A DNA stretch of 64,000 nucleotides from Thermodesulfobacteriota bacterium. Its GTDB lineage: Bacteria > Desulfobacterota_D > UBA1144 > Nemesobacterales > Nemesobacteraceae. Position 1 is the stretch's first letter, and each line of letters begins with the position of its first letter. Both the position numbers and the translations under genes were made by a program. Below the pieces are notes generated by a model. The model worked only from the letters and a program-made list of their open reading frames with translations, made no database searches and was not told the origin of the DNA. Positions 1-9,984 of this stretch are shown here, one piece after another. The stretch lies in the NCBI GenBank assembly GCA_965221875.1, contig OZ244920.1, forward strand, positions 1,502,444 through 1,566,443. Direction: 5' to 3'.

Positions 1-3000
1 CTGTGGGAGTGGCGTCATTATCCGTGATGGTGATCTCCGCAGAGGTGACAGTGACGCCTGTGAGAGTACCCTCAACGCTTATGGTCTCATCATCATCGTC
101 CAGCGCGTCATCGGTGGGGGTGATGGAGACATCCACGTAAGCGCTTTGAGCTCCTGCGGGGATTTTTATCTCCTGCTCCCCAACCTCCGCGTAGTCTGTT
201 CCTTCCGTGGCGGAGTCCATCGCCTTGCCCACAGCTACAGCTACTGTCTGCTCGGTCTCAAAGCGCGTAGAGCTGGTGATTTTTGCGGTTATCCTCACAG
301 TGGTAGCCCCCGCCCCTTCCCCTATGGTGGTGGGAGTGCCGGCTCCGCCCGCGTTCGTATCCACTTCTATAGTAATCGCGTTCGGCGCAGCGTCGTCGTC
401 GGTAATCGTGATCTCATCGTTGGTTATAGTGAGTGTTCCCGATGATCCGTTGACGCTTATGGTCTCATTCTTCTCATCCAGCACGTCGTTTGTGGGAGTG
501 AGAGTGAAAGTTCCGCTCCCGCTTCCCGCCCCCGCAGCTATGGTGATGTCAAAATCCGCCACGGTGGCGTAGTCATCTCCTTCTTCGGCGGAGTCATCCT
601 CATGACCCACAACCACACTTACCGTCTTCTCGTCAACGTAGCGGGTGGATCCGTTTACAGATGCCGTCACCGTGACAGTCTTCCTTCCTCCTCCCTCGGC
701 TATGGTGTCCTGGTTATTCTGGGTGGCTGAATCGGTGTCCACTGTCAGAGTGATTCCGCTTGGAGCCGCGTCATCGTCATTTACAGTCACTGCCACGTTC
801 TTTGCCGTCTCCCCGGTGTAATCAGTACCCGCCGCACTCACGGTGTGCGAGATGTTCACCTTGCGCCTGTCATTCCTATTGTCAATTACGTCAGGCACAG
901 CGGTGACAGTAACAGTGCGCGGCGTATCCCAATTGCTGGAATTAAAGCTCAGACTTGCTATATCTATCGTGGCCACGGTCTCATCGCCGCTTCTCAGGCT
1001 GACAGTCACCGTGCCGGTTGGCTCGCTTGTTATCACCACATTGTAAATGCCCTTATTCTCTTCTTTTGCAGCGGTTCCTGTGTTATCCATCTCCTCCAGG
1101 GTCAGTGTCACAGGTTCTACCGTTATGCCACGCGTATCATCATCCGTGATCGTTCCCGTGGCAGTACCCGCACCTTCAGCAGTCGAGACCGTTGCGTTTG
1201 TCGGCGTGCCCAGCGTCACCGTTACGGTCTCGTTTTCCTCGTCAATTTCATCGCCTTTCACGGGGACCGTGATGTCTGTCTGCGTCTGCCCCGGGGTAAT
1301 CGTCACGGAGCGCGAGCTGGGTTCGGTGTAATCCGTGCCTGTGATGGCCGTGCCGCCCAGAGTGTAGGGCACCGTCACGGTCTGGCCGCTTGCGGCTGAG
1401 AGCTGTACTCTGAAAGTCATGTTGTTGGGAGGATCAGGAGTTGTAACGTTGCCTTCGGTTACTGCAGCGGCATCGGATACGGAAACAGTGGGAGTCGGAT
1501 CGTTATCGGTAATTGTTCCCGTTCCATCAAGCGTGTTCTCACCGCCCGTAAGTCTGGCGTTGGTGGGCGAGGAGAGCCGTACGACCACAGTCTCGTCGGG
1601 TTCGTCAATGAGATCGCCGTTCACCGTTACGGGCACAGTCTTGCTGGTATCTCCGGGGCTGAATGTAATAGTACCCGCGTTAAAAGCCGCATAGTCCGTG
1701 ACTGATGCTGCGGAACCGCTACCAGCGTCCGCGTAGGCCACTGTAACCACCTTCTCGCTCCTCGGCGTAAGCCGCACTGTAAAGGTAAGCGTCGCCGTGG
1801 CACTGTCACCTTCTTCTACGGACGGATTATTTATGGACAGTGTCGGCGCTCCATCGTCATCGTTTACGGTTACTGCCACATCCTCCGCCATCTCTCCCGC
1901 GTAATCTGTATCCGCCGCGCTCACCGTGTGCGAGATGTTCGCCGTGCGCCTGTCGTTCGTATTGTCAATTTCATCAGGCACGGCAGTCACTGTAACTGTC
2001 TGTTCCGCGTTCCAGTCAGTGGAGTCAAAAGTGAGACTCGCCGGATTTGCAGTCGCAACGGAGTCGACATCATTTATGTTTATTGTCACAGTTCCCGTTC
2101 CCGTGGGCTCGCTTGTCAGCACAACTGTATAGGTAGATTCGTTTTCCTTAGTGCCCGAGGTTTCTGTATCGTCCGCTTCATGCAGTGTCAGTGCTGTAGG
2201 ATTTATCTCGATGCCACGGGTATCGTCATTTTTGATTGTCAAGGTCACATTCTGCGGCGCTTCGACAACATCGTTTCCACCTTCGGCGGCTGCCGAAACT
2301 GTGACGGTTTTATCCGCGGCGTGCACATCGTTATCAACCGCGGTAATGTTGACAACCCCGGTGCTGGCTTTCGAGAGTGCAGGGATCGTAAGTGTTTTGT
2401 TATTGCTCAAGGTGAAGTCGCCTGTAACTGCCGGTGTGACCGGATCTGCGGAGACTTCGAGAGTCACGAGCTCGCTTGACTTTCCGTCCATTGTTGCCGT
2501 TATCGTGCTGGCATTGGTGGCTCCGCTCTCGTTTATTGATGAAGGAGTCAGAACCAGCGTGACGGTTGGGGTGTCGTCATTATCTTCAATAGTGATAGAG
2601 GGGTCTGTGACAGTTACTCCGGAAAGACTTCCCGTGACACTGATTTTCTCATCCGGTTCATCAAAGTCATCATTGTTCAGGGTAAGCGTAAAGTCCTCGT
2701 GGGCGCTTTTCTCTCCGGCAGGCAACTTGATATCGATGTCCGCCACAGTTTCATAGTCGCCTCCCGAGCCCTCGGTGGCAGTATCATCATCGGCGTTGCC
2801 CACGGTGACTTTTACGGTCTTATCGTCGGCGAAACGGGTGTCGCCGTCAAGAGTCGCGGTGACCCGCACTACAGTATCTTTATCGCCTTCGCTGACTTTA
2901 CTCTTGTCAACCGTGACCGTGAGACTTGTGGGCGCTTCGTCATCGTCGGTGACTGTTATTTGCACATCCTCCGCCGTCTCGTCTTCGTAGTCGGTGCCGT

Positions 3001-5914
3001 CCGCGCTTACCGTGTGGGCTATGGTGGCGGTGCGCCGGTTGTTGATGTTGTCGATTGGGTCATTCACTGCGGTCACTGTAACAGTCTGGGGCGTTTTCCA
3101 GTTGTTCTTATCAAACGTCAGGCTCGAGCTGTCTATCGTGACGACTTTTTCGTCCTTGCTTACCACATTGACCGTTACCTCACCTGTGGGTTCGCTTGTC
3201 AGAACCACATTGTAGGTGTCCTTGTTCTCATCCGTGTCGCTGGTTTCTGAGTTGTCTACTTCATTCAGGGTCAGTGCCGCAGGCGTCACGGTGATGCCGC
3301 GGGTGTCGTCGTCTGTGATGCTGATAGTTGTGCCAGCTACAGTCACGTCTGACGAAGTTCCTGCGACGCTTATCTTTTCTGTGTCCTCATCAACAGCATC
3401 GTCGATGGGCTCAAGCTTGAAAGTCTTGCTGGCGCTTCTCTGCGCCGCGGGGATGATGATGTCAAAACTGGATACAGGCTTGTAGTCAGTGCCCGAGGTT
3501 GCGCTGTCGTCCTCACCGGTATCGCCTACGGTGACGGTCACTGTCTTTGATTCGGCGAAGAGGGTCGAGCTTGTGATTTCCGCGGTGACCGCAATATCGG
3601 TTGCCTCGGCGCTCTCGGCGACAGAGTCCTTGTCAACCGAAATGGAAATGTTCGTGGGTGCGTCGTCATCATCAGTGATGGTTACTGTAGCCGTGTCCAT
3701 GTCGTCCTTAATACCGGGGACAGGTTCGTTATCTTCGTCTCTGGGATTGCTAAGGATGATCAGGAAGGTTTCGTCAGGTTCGTCAATAACATCTTCCTTT
3801 GTCACCATCTCGAAAGTTCTGCTCATTTGATTTTTATCCAAGAACAGTCTTCTGTTCGAAAAAGCGGTGTAGTCAGTTCCTTCCGTCGCGAGATGGGTTC
3901 CATCCTCATGCCTGTCTGTGCGGGCAAACACTGAAATCCTGTTTTCCATCGCACCGCTTCGAGTCACCTGGAAAGAAGCCTTTTCGCCTTCTGTAACCGA
4001 TATATTCTTGCTAATTGAAAACATTGGCTGTATGTCGTTATCTTCGATTGTAAGGGAGAGACTTGATCCGGTGGGCTTGAGGCCGCCGTTAAATGCCCCA
4101 CCCGCAAGACTGATAGTGATGTTTTCGATGGAACCGCTTCCGCCTTCATAGAGGTCGTCGTCTGTGACCTTGAGCGTTACGGTGCAGGTGAGCTTGCTAG
4201 TGGTCCGGGAGCAACCTTTGCCTGAACCTGAAACAGACTCGGGGGAGATGTAGTCGGATCCGCGTATTGCTCTTTTTGTTCTTCCCGAATAACTCAGGTT
4301 GAATTCGGGAAGGTCTTCCACAACATCCACATCGGAAAAAGGAGCTTTCCCCGAAGCAGTGGTTTTGGGCGAACGCATCTCGATTTCAAATGTTGCTGTA
4401 CGATTGCCTGAGTCCTCAGACAATTCCATCTTGTCGAGACCTTTCAATGTGACTTCAGTCTTTTCGACATCTTCCATTACGACTTCAAACTTGTTGCGAT
4501 CACCCTTGTCGTAAGAAGCACTCGGGAACTCCATCTTCGTCTCGTCGATTTCCACGACCAGAAGTTCGTGGAACCGTTCGTCTGCTGTATCCTTTTTGAT
4601 TGTCAACATGACACTGCCGGATGTCTGTCCGCCTTTGATCGTTATGGAATCGGGAATATCGTAATCCGCTGACGTTACTTCGTCTTTAGGATAGCCCGTG
4701 AATTTAAGCGGAATCTTAATATCCGCCGATGGAGCGTCGCCGGCTATCTCGGCAGTTATAGTTGTTTTTTCGCCTTCTTTTAGGGTTTTTCGGGTGGTCG
4801 GAAATGCAGAATTTCCCACAGGAAAACGGCCCTCTCCCCTCAGGTAAACGGCACCCTCTGCCGTATTATCGTTATCCCTGATAACGACTGAAAGTGTGCT
4901 CTTGCTGTCTTTGAATGAGACATTTTTGTATGTCCCGTCAATGCTAGAGACAATGTTTTGAGTACTAAACGACATCGTGAAAAATTCATCCGGTTCGCGC
5001 CGGGTATCATCCGTGATATTGATGTTGATGGTGGCAGATGTTCGTCCCGCGGGTATTGTCACATTGCTGTCTACCATCGTGTAATCAATTCCCTTTGTAG
5101 CCGTTCTGTAAGGCGAGGAACCGACTGTGTAGTTAATTCTCAGACCGTGCGGAAGAGACTCGTTAAGAGTGAGGGTCAGTACGTTTTTTCCGCCGTTTCC
5201 TCCTTCTTCTGTCTCAAACTCAAGGTAAGGATTCGACGAAAGAAGCGGAGAGAAGGTTATATATCTCTGCTCTTTTTCAACGATTTTCTGGTCGGGAGAA
5301 TCAGGTACAGAACCAGAAATACTATTATCTCCATCATTGTAGGTGAAATTCGCTTTTATATGGAAATGTTCTCGCGGTTCATACGTACTGTCAGTAAGCG
5401 TCTTCACCGAAAATGTCTGAGATTGAGAGCTTCCCGCTGGAAATGTAATACTGCCGGAGGTGGCGGTATAATCGCTTCCCGATTCCGCTTCAGCAAAACC
5501 GGAAACAGCAATTGCAGGTCCATTCACCGTCCGGTAATTTACGGTCAGTTCGTGTGTATCGTCTCCGCTCCTGCGTACGGTGAAGATTGCATTTTCTCCT
5601 TCTGTTACCGACGGGACGTTCGGTTGGATGGTAATCGATGGGCTAGACTGGGCTTCCGATTGAGGCGTCGCTGCGGACAGAAAAAACACTACAACTGCCA
5701 GAGCAGGAAGAATGTGGGTCCCTGCGAACGCAAAACCCGAGAGAACCCTTGTCAGGGCCCCCGCGAAAAACCCAGAAAACGGATTTCCGCTTACTTGTTC
5801 AGGGCTTGATAAGGGGTTCTGTGAAGGGGGGGGGGTAAACCACCCTACGGACAGAGGTGTCCATGACATGGCAGGTGGAAAATCTGGTAGTTTCTCTTGA
5901 GGTTGAAAAACCAT
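1..5914 (-). CDS. Giant secreted Calx-beta/Ig-like repeat adhesin, 3' end beyond window (partial, >1970 aa)
   Basis: Hand translation of the minus strand: ATG 5914, hydrophobic signal-like LAVVVFFLSAATPQSEA, then Calx-beta-type units (SVTEGENAIFTVRRSGDDTHELTVNYRTVNG; ATEGTDY...KEDVIDEPDETF; ITITDND at the edge). Frame spot-checked open at ~5900-5520, ~3960-3780 and 60-1; absent from the track probably because it has no stop in the window. Confidence 0.9.
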   Translation of the reverse strand, partial: MVFQPQEKLPDFPPAMSWTPLSVGWFTPPPSQNPLSSPEQVSGNPFSGFFAGALTRVLSGFAFAGTHILPALAVVVFFLSAATPQSEAQSSPSITIQPNVPSVTEGENAIFTVRRSGDDTHELTVNYRTVNGPAIAVSGFAEAESGSDYTATSGSITFPAGSSQSQTFSVKTLTDSTYEPREHFHIKANFTYNDGDNSISGSVPDSPDQKIVEKEQRYITFSPLLSSNPYLEFETEEGGNGGKNVLTLTLNESLPHGLRINYTVGSSPYRTATKGIDYTMVDSNVTIPAGRTSATININITDDTRREPDEFFTMSFSTQNIVSSIDGTYKNVSFKDSKSTLSVVIRDNDNTAEGAVYLRGEGRFPVGNSAFPTTRKTLKEGEKTTITAEIAGDAPSADIKIPLKFTGYPKDEVTSADYDIPDSITIKGGQTSGSVMLTIKKDTADERFHELLVVEIDETKMEFPSASYDKGDRNKFEVVMEDVEKTEVTLKGLDKMELSEDSGNRTATFEIEMRSPKTTASGKAPFSDVDVVEDLPEFNLSYSGRTKRAIRGSDYISPESVSGSGKGCSRTTSKLTCTVTLKVTDDDLYEGGSGSIENITISLAGGAFNGGLKPTGSSLSLTIEDNDIQPMFSISKNISVTEGEKASFQVTRSGAMENRISVFARTDRHEDGTHLATEGTDYTAFSNRRLFLDKNQMSRTFEMVTKEDVIDEPDETFLIILSNPRDEDNEPVPGIKDDMDTATVTITDDDDAPTNISISVDKDSVAESAEATDIAVTAEITSSTLFAESKTVTVTVGDTGEDDSATSGTDYKPVSSFDIIIPAAQRSASKTFKLEPIDDAVDEDTEKISVAGTSSDVTVAGTTISITDDDTRGITVTPAALTLNEVDNSETSDTDENKDTYNVVLTSEPTGEVTVNVVSKDEKVVTIDSSSLTFDKNNWKTPQTVTVTAVNDPIDNINNRRTATIAHTVSADGTDYEDETAEDVQITVTDDDEAPTSLTVTVDKSKVSEGDKDTVVRVTATLDGDTRFADDKTVKVTVGNADDDTATEGSGGDYETVADIDIKLPAGEKSAHEDFTLTLNNDDFDEPDEKISVTGSLSGVTVTDPSITIEDNDDTPTVTLVLTPSSINESGATNASTITATMDGKSSELVTLEVSADPVTPAVTGDFTLSNNKTLTIPALSKASTGVVNITAVDNDVHAADKTVTVSAAAEGGNDVVEAPQNVTLTIKNDDTRGIEINPTALTLHEADDTETSGTKENESTYTVVLTSEPTGTGTVTININDVDSVATANPASLTFDSTDWNAEQTVTVTAVPDEIDNTNDRRTANISHTVSAADTDYAGEMAEDVAVTVNDDDGAPTLSINNPSVEEGDSATATLTFTVRLTPRSEKVVTVAYADAGSGSAASVTDYAAFNAGTITFSPGDTSKTVPVTVNGDLIDEPDETVVVRLSSPTNARLTGGENTLDGTGTITDNDPTPTVSVSDAAAVTEGNVTTPDPPNNMTFRVQLSAASGQTVTVPYTLGGTAITGTDYTEPSSRSVTITPGQTQTDITVPVKGDEIDEENETVTVTLGTPTNATVSTAEGAGTATGTITDDDTRGITVEPVTLTLEEMDNTGTAAKEENKGIYNVVITSEPTGTVTVSLRSGDETVATIDIASLSFNSSNWDTPRTVTVTAVPDVIDNRNDRRKVNISHTVSAAGTDYTGETAKNVAVTVNDDDAAPSGITLTVDTDSATQNNQDTIAEGGGRKTVTVTASVNGSTRYVDEKTVSVVVGHEDDSAEEGDDYATVADFDITIAAGAGSGSGTFTLTPTNDVLDEKNETISVNGSSGTLTITNDEITITDDDAAPNAITIEVDTNAGGAGTPTTIGEGAGATTVRITAKITSSTRFETEQTVAVAVGKAMDSATEGTDYAEVGEQEIKIPAGAQSAYVDVSITPTDDALDDDDETISVEGTLTGVTVTSAEITITDNDATPT
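780..3070 (-). repeat. Intragenic ~1.08 kb-period module repeats in the adhesin
   Basis: Near-identical blocks at ~780-920, ~1860-2000 and ~2940-3085 (e.g. cacggtgtgcgagatgttcaccttgcgcctgtc vs caccgtgtgcgagatgttcgccgtgcgcctgtc). Confidence 0.8.
5826..5835. repeat. G10/C10 homopolymer tract in the adhesin 5' coding region
   Basis: gtgaaGGGGGGGGGGtaaac seen directly. Confidence 0.9.
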
Positions 5915-6157
5915 CTGTTCTTTGGACACTCATAAAAACCAGAATTCTTGTTAGGTATCACTAAGCACTCTCTCTAAATTAACTTCATCTTTATTCTATC
6001 TTAATAATTCGTGCTTTCATATTTTTACAACTTGCCATGTCTCCGCAGCCATTTTTCTCAACGCCCGTGACAGGGAAATTTTCTAAAGGCACCGCGTGAC
6101 GGGTAGTCAGGCTTCAGACTCCGGCGTTCAGGTTCCTGCTCCCGGCCCGCCGGAATT

Positions 6158-6186
6158 TTGACATGGCCGTGGAGTTAATGGACAAT
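6158..6186 (+). promoter_or_regulatory. sigma70-type promoter for HIT gene (leaderless-like)
   Basis: TTGACA-17 bp-GACAAT, with the ATG 5 nt after the -10. Confidence 0.55.
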
Positions 6187-6191
6187 CAAGT

Positions 6192-6533
6192 ATGGGTACG
6201 ATTTTCACGCAGGTAATAAACCGGGAAATTCCGGCTGACATAGTCTATGAAGATGACACCTGCATCGCGTTTAAGGACATAAATCCCCAGGCTCCCATTC
6301 ATGTTCTTCTGATACCGAAAAAGGAAATAGTCTCAATGGCGACCGTTGTACCTGAGGATCAGGCGGTGCTGGGACACCTTATGGTCAAGGCTTCGGAGAT
6401 AGCGTCAATCCTAGGTCTTGGCGAAAACGGATACAGGCTTGTGGTTAACACGAACGAGGACGCGGGACAAAGCGTCTTTCATCTGCACATACACATCCTC
6501 GGCGGAAGAATACTCACCTGGCCTCCCGGATAG
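6192..6533 (+). CDS. hinT: HIT family purine nucleoside phosphoramidase
   Basis: AFKDINPQAPIHVLLIPK, GQSVFHLHIHILGGR histidine triad, WPPG C-terminus. Confidence 0.93.
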   Translation: MGTIFTQVINREIPADIVYEDDTCIAFKDINPQAPIHVLLIPKKEIVSMATVVPEDQAVLGHLMVKASEIASILGLGENGYRLVVNTNEDAGQSVFHLHIHILGGRILTWPPG

Positions 6534-6571
6534 ATTTGCCGCGCAAAGGTATCCTCGGCGCGACAGACTGG

Positions 6572-9391
6572 CTAGAGCCCGAGCGCAAGCGCGTCCCGCT
6601 CGCTCAGAAAGCTTCCGTTCTTTCTTTCCCTCACAGTCTCCCCCCTCTTCCATGAGCGCTCGCATCTGGGTTCCTGAGAGATATCAGCAAGTTCCACACT
6701 GATTCCGTCTCCTTCCACGACCCTTAACCTGCTCACTCCGCATAGGTCTTCAAGCTCCTCTTCGAACTTTCTTATCTCGCTTAAAAGCTCCTTCTTCACC
6801 CTTACGCGAACAGACGCGTCAAGGGGATTGTTTATTCCCTCATCTCCCCTCTCTTCCTCAAGGGCCTTGAGACAACGCTTCCTTATGTCCATGACGTCGC
6901 TCCATATCCCCTCGGCCTGCACTCTTTTGATCCGGGGAAACCTCTTAAGGTGCACGTTCACATCCGGATCCCCTGTAAGGGACTTCAAGGCTTCATACGA
7001 GGTGTGAACCAGTATGGGAGCCAGAAGCTTTATGATTCCTTCGGCTATCTGGTACATGACGGTCTGAGATCGCCTTCTTTTCCTGCTGTCTCTCCTCTCG
7101 CAGTAAAGTCTGTCCTTTACGCACGCGAGGTAAACCGAACTCATCTCGTTTGAGCAGAACGAGAATATAAGGTCGCTTGCCTGCTTGTAGCGAAACCCGG
7201 AATACGCGTCTTCGGTCTCCTCCGCGAACCTTGTGAACTCGCAGTGCGCCCAGTAGTCAATCGAGCACCTGTCGTCCTCTTCGAATTCAATGCTGTCCTG
7301 TGCCGGGTCAAAGTCATTTAAGTTTCCAAGCAGAAACCGGATTGTGTTCCTTATTTTTCTGTATTCATCCGCAGCAATGTCGAAAAACTCCCAGTCGACT
7401 TTTATATCGTTTGAGTAGCTAAGCGAACTTACCCACCATCTGCATATATCCGCCCCGTATTTACTCAGGATATCTTCGACCTCAATTGCGTTGCCGCCGG
7501 ACTTGCTCATTTTTCTGCCCCGGGCGTCCACCATGAACCCATGAGTAAAAAGCGCACGGAAAGGAGGCTTTCCGGTTGCTCCAAGAGCTACAAGGAGAGA
7601 GGACTGAAACCACCCCCTGTGCTGGTCCGAACCCTCAAGATACATATCCGCCGGGTACCCGAGATCTCTTGCGTTGAGGACCGAGTTCCAGGACGAGCCC
7701 GATTCAAACCACACGTCAAAGACATCACCGCCTTTTAGAAGGTCTTCTAAGTCCTCTTTTGAACTAAGCCATTCCGGGGCTTCGGGATCGTCTTGCGGAT
7801 CATAGTTACCGAGAAGCTGGTGTGGTTCGGAGTAAAACCAGACGTCAGAACCCTTTTCTCTTATTTTTTCGGCAACAGCGAGGACCATTTTCACAGTCAT
7901 GACCACCCTTCCCTTTGCGTCCGTAAAGTACGGAAGAGGAAGTCCCCATGATCTCTGTCTCGATATGCACCAGTCCGGCCTTGACTCAAGCATTCCGCCA
8001 AGGCGGCTCCTGCCCCAATCGGGATAGAAGTCAACGTTTTTCCCGACTGCGTCAATAGCGGCTTCCCTAAGAGTTTTTGTGCTTTCGCCAAACGGTTTGT
8101 CCATATGTATGAACCACTGATCTGTTGCTCTGAATATTGTAGGTGTTTTGCTTCGCCAGTCATGCGGATAACTGTGAACATAGGGTTCTGAATGAAAAAG
8201 GTTTCCGGTCTCCGCAAGTCTCTGCGTTATTAATTCATTGCTCTCCCATACCCCCTTCCCTCTCAGCCATTGCGGTACCGTATCGTCAAAAGTGCCGTCC
8301 TCTCTAACCGGACAGTAGATATCAAGCCCCTCCTGAAGACCGGTTCTGTAGTCTTCATCTCCGTGACCAGGGGCCGTGTGGACACACCCGGTACCGCTTT
8401 GGAAAATTACGTAATCGGCCGTTACCACAACCGACTTTCTCCCAATAAACGGGTGGTTGCATGATACGCCCCGTTCCGACAACTCCTCTCCCAAGCAGGA
8501 ACCGACTTTTTCATAATCTTTTCTTCCCGATTTTTTGAAAACTTCTTCGCAAAGCGCCTCGCCAATAATTAGATTCTCGCCTTCCGGAGACCTGTAAAGA
8601 CCGTATTTCCCCTTTGGGGCCACGGCGACGGCTAGGTTCGCCGGAAGGGTCCAGGGCGTTGTGGTCCATATCATAAGGCAGACTCTCTCGGCTTGTTCTG
8701 CGTTAAGGGAAGGGGGCAGTGCTGCCGGGTCATCAACTTCAAAGAGCACGTAGACGCTTTTATCCTCTTTTTCGTGGTATTCAAGTTCTGCCTCGGCAAG
8801 GGCGGTACGGTTCTCGATTGACCAGTGGACAGGTTTTAAGTCCCTGTAAACAAGTCCTTTTTCAAGCAGTTGCGAGAATGCTTCTAACACCCCGGCTTCG
8901 TAATCGGGGGTCATTGTCAGGTAGGAGTTTTTATAGTCGGCCAGAGTTCCGAGACGGATCATCTGCTTTGACTGCATTTTTACGTATTTCGCCGCATATT
9001 TGCCGCAGCTACGTCTGATTGAGAGCGCCGGCATGGCGGTTGCGTCTTCCCCCAGTTCTTTTAAGACTTTGTGCTCTATCGGAAGACCGTGGCAATCCCA
9101 GCCAGGAACAAAATCCACATCAAACCCTTCCATTATCTTTGACCGTACGACCAGGTCCTTGAGAACCTTGTTAAGCAGGTGCCCCAAGTGAATAGGGCCA
9201 TTCGCGTAAGGGGGTCCGTCATGGAAAATGAATTTCTCACGGCTGCGGTTTTCTTCGCGAATTTTTTCGAACAGGCTTTCCTTTTCCCAGGATTTCTGAA
9301 TGAGAGGTTCTTTTTGCTGCAAGTTGGCCTTCATCGCGAAATCTGTTCTGGGAAGGTTAAGAGTGTCTTTATAGTTTATTTTCTTCTGCAT
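6572..9391 (-). CDS. ileS: Isoleucine--tRNA ligase
   Basis: HDGPPYANG..HLGH, WTTTPWTLP, DWCISRQR, EGSDQHRGWF, KMSKS. Confidence 0.97.
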   Translation of the reverse strand: MQKKINYKDTLNLPRTDFAMKANLQQKEPLIQKSWEKESLFEKIREENRSREKFIFHDGPPYANGPIHLGHLLNKVLKDLVVRSKIMEGFDVDFVPGWDCHGLPIEHKVLKELGEDATAMPALSIRRSCGKYAAKYVKMQSKQMIRLGTLADYKNSYLTMTPDYEAGVLEAFSQLLEKGLVYRDLKPVHWSIENRTALAEAELEYHEKEDKSVYVLFEVDDPAALPPSLNAEQAERVCLMIWTTTPWTLPANLAVAVAPKGKYGLYRSPEGENLIIGEALCEEVFKKSGRKDYEKVGSCLGEELSERGVSCNHPFIGRKSVVVTADYVIFQSGTGCVHTAPGHGDEDYRTGLQEGLDIYCPVREDGTFDDTVPQWLRGKGVWESNELITQRLAETGNLFHSEPYVHSYPHDWRSKTPTIFRATDQWFIHMDKPFGESTKTLREAAIDAVGKNVDFYPDWGRSRLGGMLESRPDWCISRQRSWGLPLPYFTDAKGRVVMTVKMVLAVAEKIREKGSDVWFYSEPHQLLGNYDPQDDPEAPEWLSSKEDLEDLLKGGDVFDVWFESGSSWNSVLNARDLGYPADMYLEGSDQHRGWFQSSLLVALGATGKPPFRALFTHGFMVDARGRKMSKSGGNAIEVEDILSKYGADICRWWVSSLSYSNDIKVDWEFFDIAADEYRKIRNTIRFLLGNLNDFDPAQDSIEFEEDDRCSIDYWAHCEFTRFAEETEDAYSGFRYKQASDLIFSFCSNEMSSVYLACVKDRLYCERRDSRKRRRSQTVMYQIAEGIIKLLAPILVHTSYEALKSLTGDPDVNVHLKRFPRIKRVQAEGIWSDVMDIRKRCLKALEEERGDEGINNPLDASVRVRVKKELLSEIRKFEEELEDLCGVSRLRVVEGDGISVELADISQEPRCERSWKRGETVRERKNGSFLSERDALALGL

Positions 9392-9464
9392 TTTGTTTGG
9401 TAGAAGTAATTACGGCGAGGTCGGGTGGTCAGAGGCTTCCGGTCAGTTCGCCTGTAACGGGTTA

Positions 9465-9914
9465 TCAAATATTATCGAAAAAAGATTCAAATTCTTCAAG
9501 CAGGGCATTTGAAAACTCGACCCATTCTTCCCATTCGTCCATGTAATTTCTTGATTCGTCGACTTTTTTCTTGACGATTATTCCGTTGTTGAATTTTTCC
9601 ACAAGAAAATACCCGACTTTCTGGAGTTTTTTCTCAAGCATCGAGGAGTATTTATGAAGAATCAATATTTTCTCTTCTTCTGCCTCCCGGTATTCCGCGA
9701 TGAAATAGCCATTATTCTGCGGTGAAGGCATATCCATCGTCACATGTTTGAACATGGTTGGGTTTATATTCTCAGCCTTCATTGATATATACAGTTCCAT
9801 TCTTGTCTCCGCCCTTTGCCGAAAGACAATTCTACAATATTCTTCAGATAATTTCCTCAGGACACCCGGATTCACTTGCTCTATTGCTGTGGTACCTTCT
9901 GCCCAACTGTTCAT
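9465..9914 (-). CDS. Hypothetical protein (149 aa)
   Basis: C-terminal part of track ORF 9465..10115; start moved to ATG 9914 to avoid overlapping the upstream gene; no recognised motif. Confidence 0.6.
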   Translation of the reverse strand: MNSWAEGTTAIEQVNPGVLRKLSEEYCRIVFRQRAETRMELYISMKAENINPTMFKHVTMDMPSPQNNGYFIAEYREAEEEKILILHKYSSMLEKKLQKVGYFLVEKFNNGIIVKKKVDESRNYMDEWEEWVEFSNALLEEFESFFDNI

Positions 9915-9984
9915 AATCCAGAAAAGAGACAGAGGCTGAAATGCCGGGAGGGGTGTGCGGCCAGGATAAGGGGTGAAGGAGCAC

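Noticed and set aside
146-5900. Many plus-strand ORFs (Ser/Val/Thr- or Arg-rich)
   Set aside because: Antisense shadows of the repetitive minus-strand adhesin; no independent motifs.
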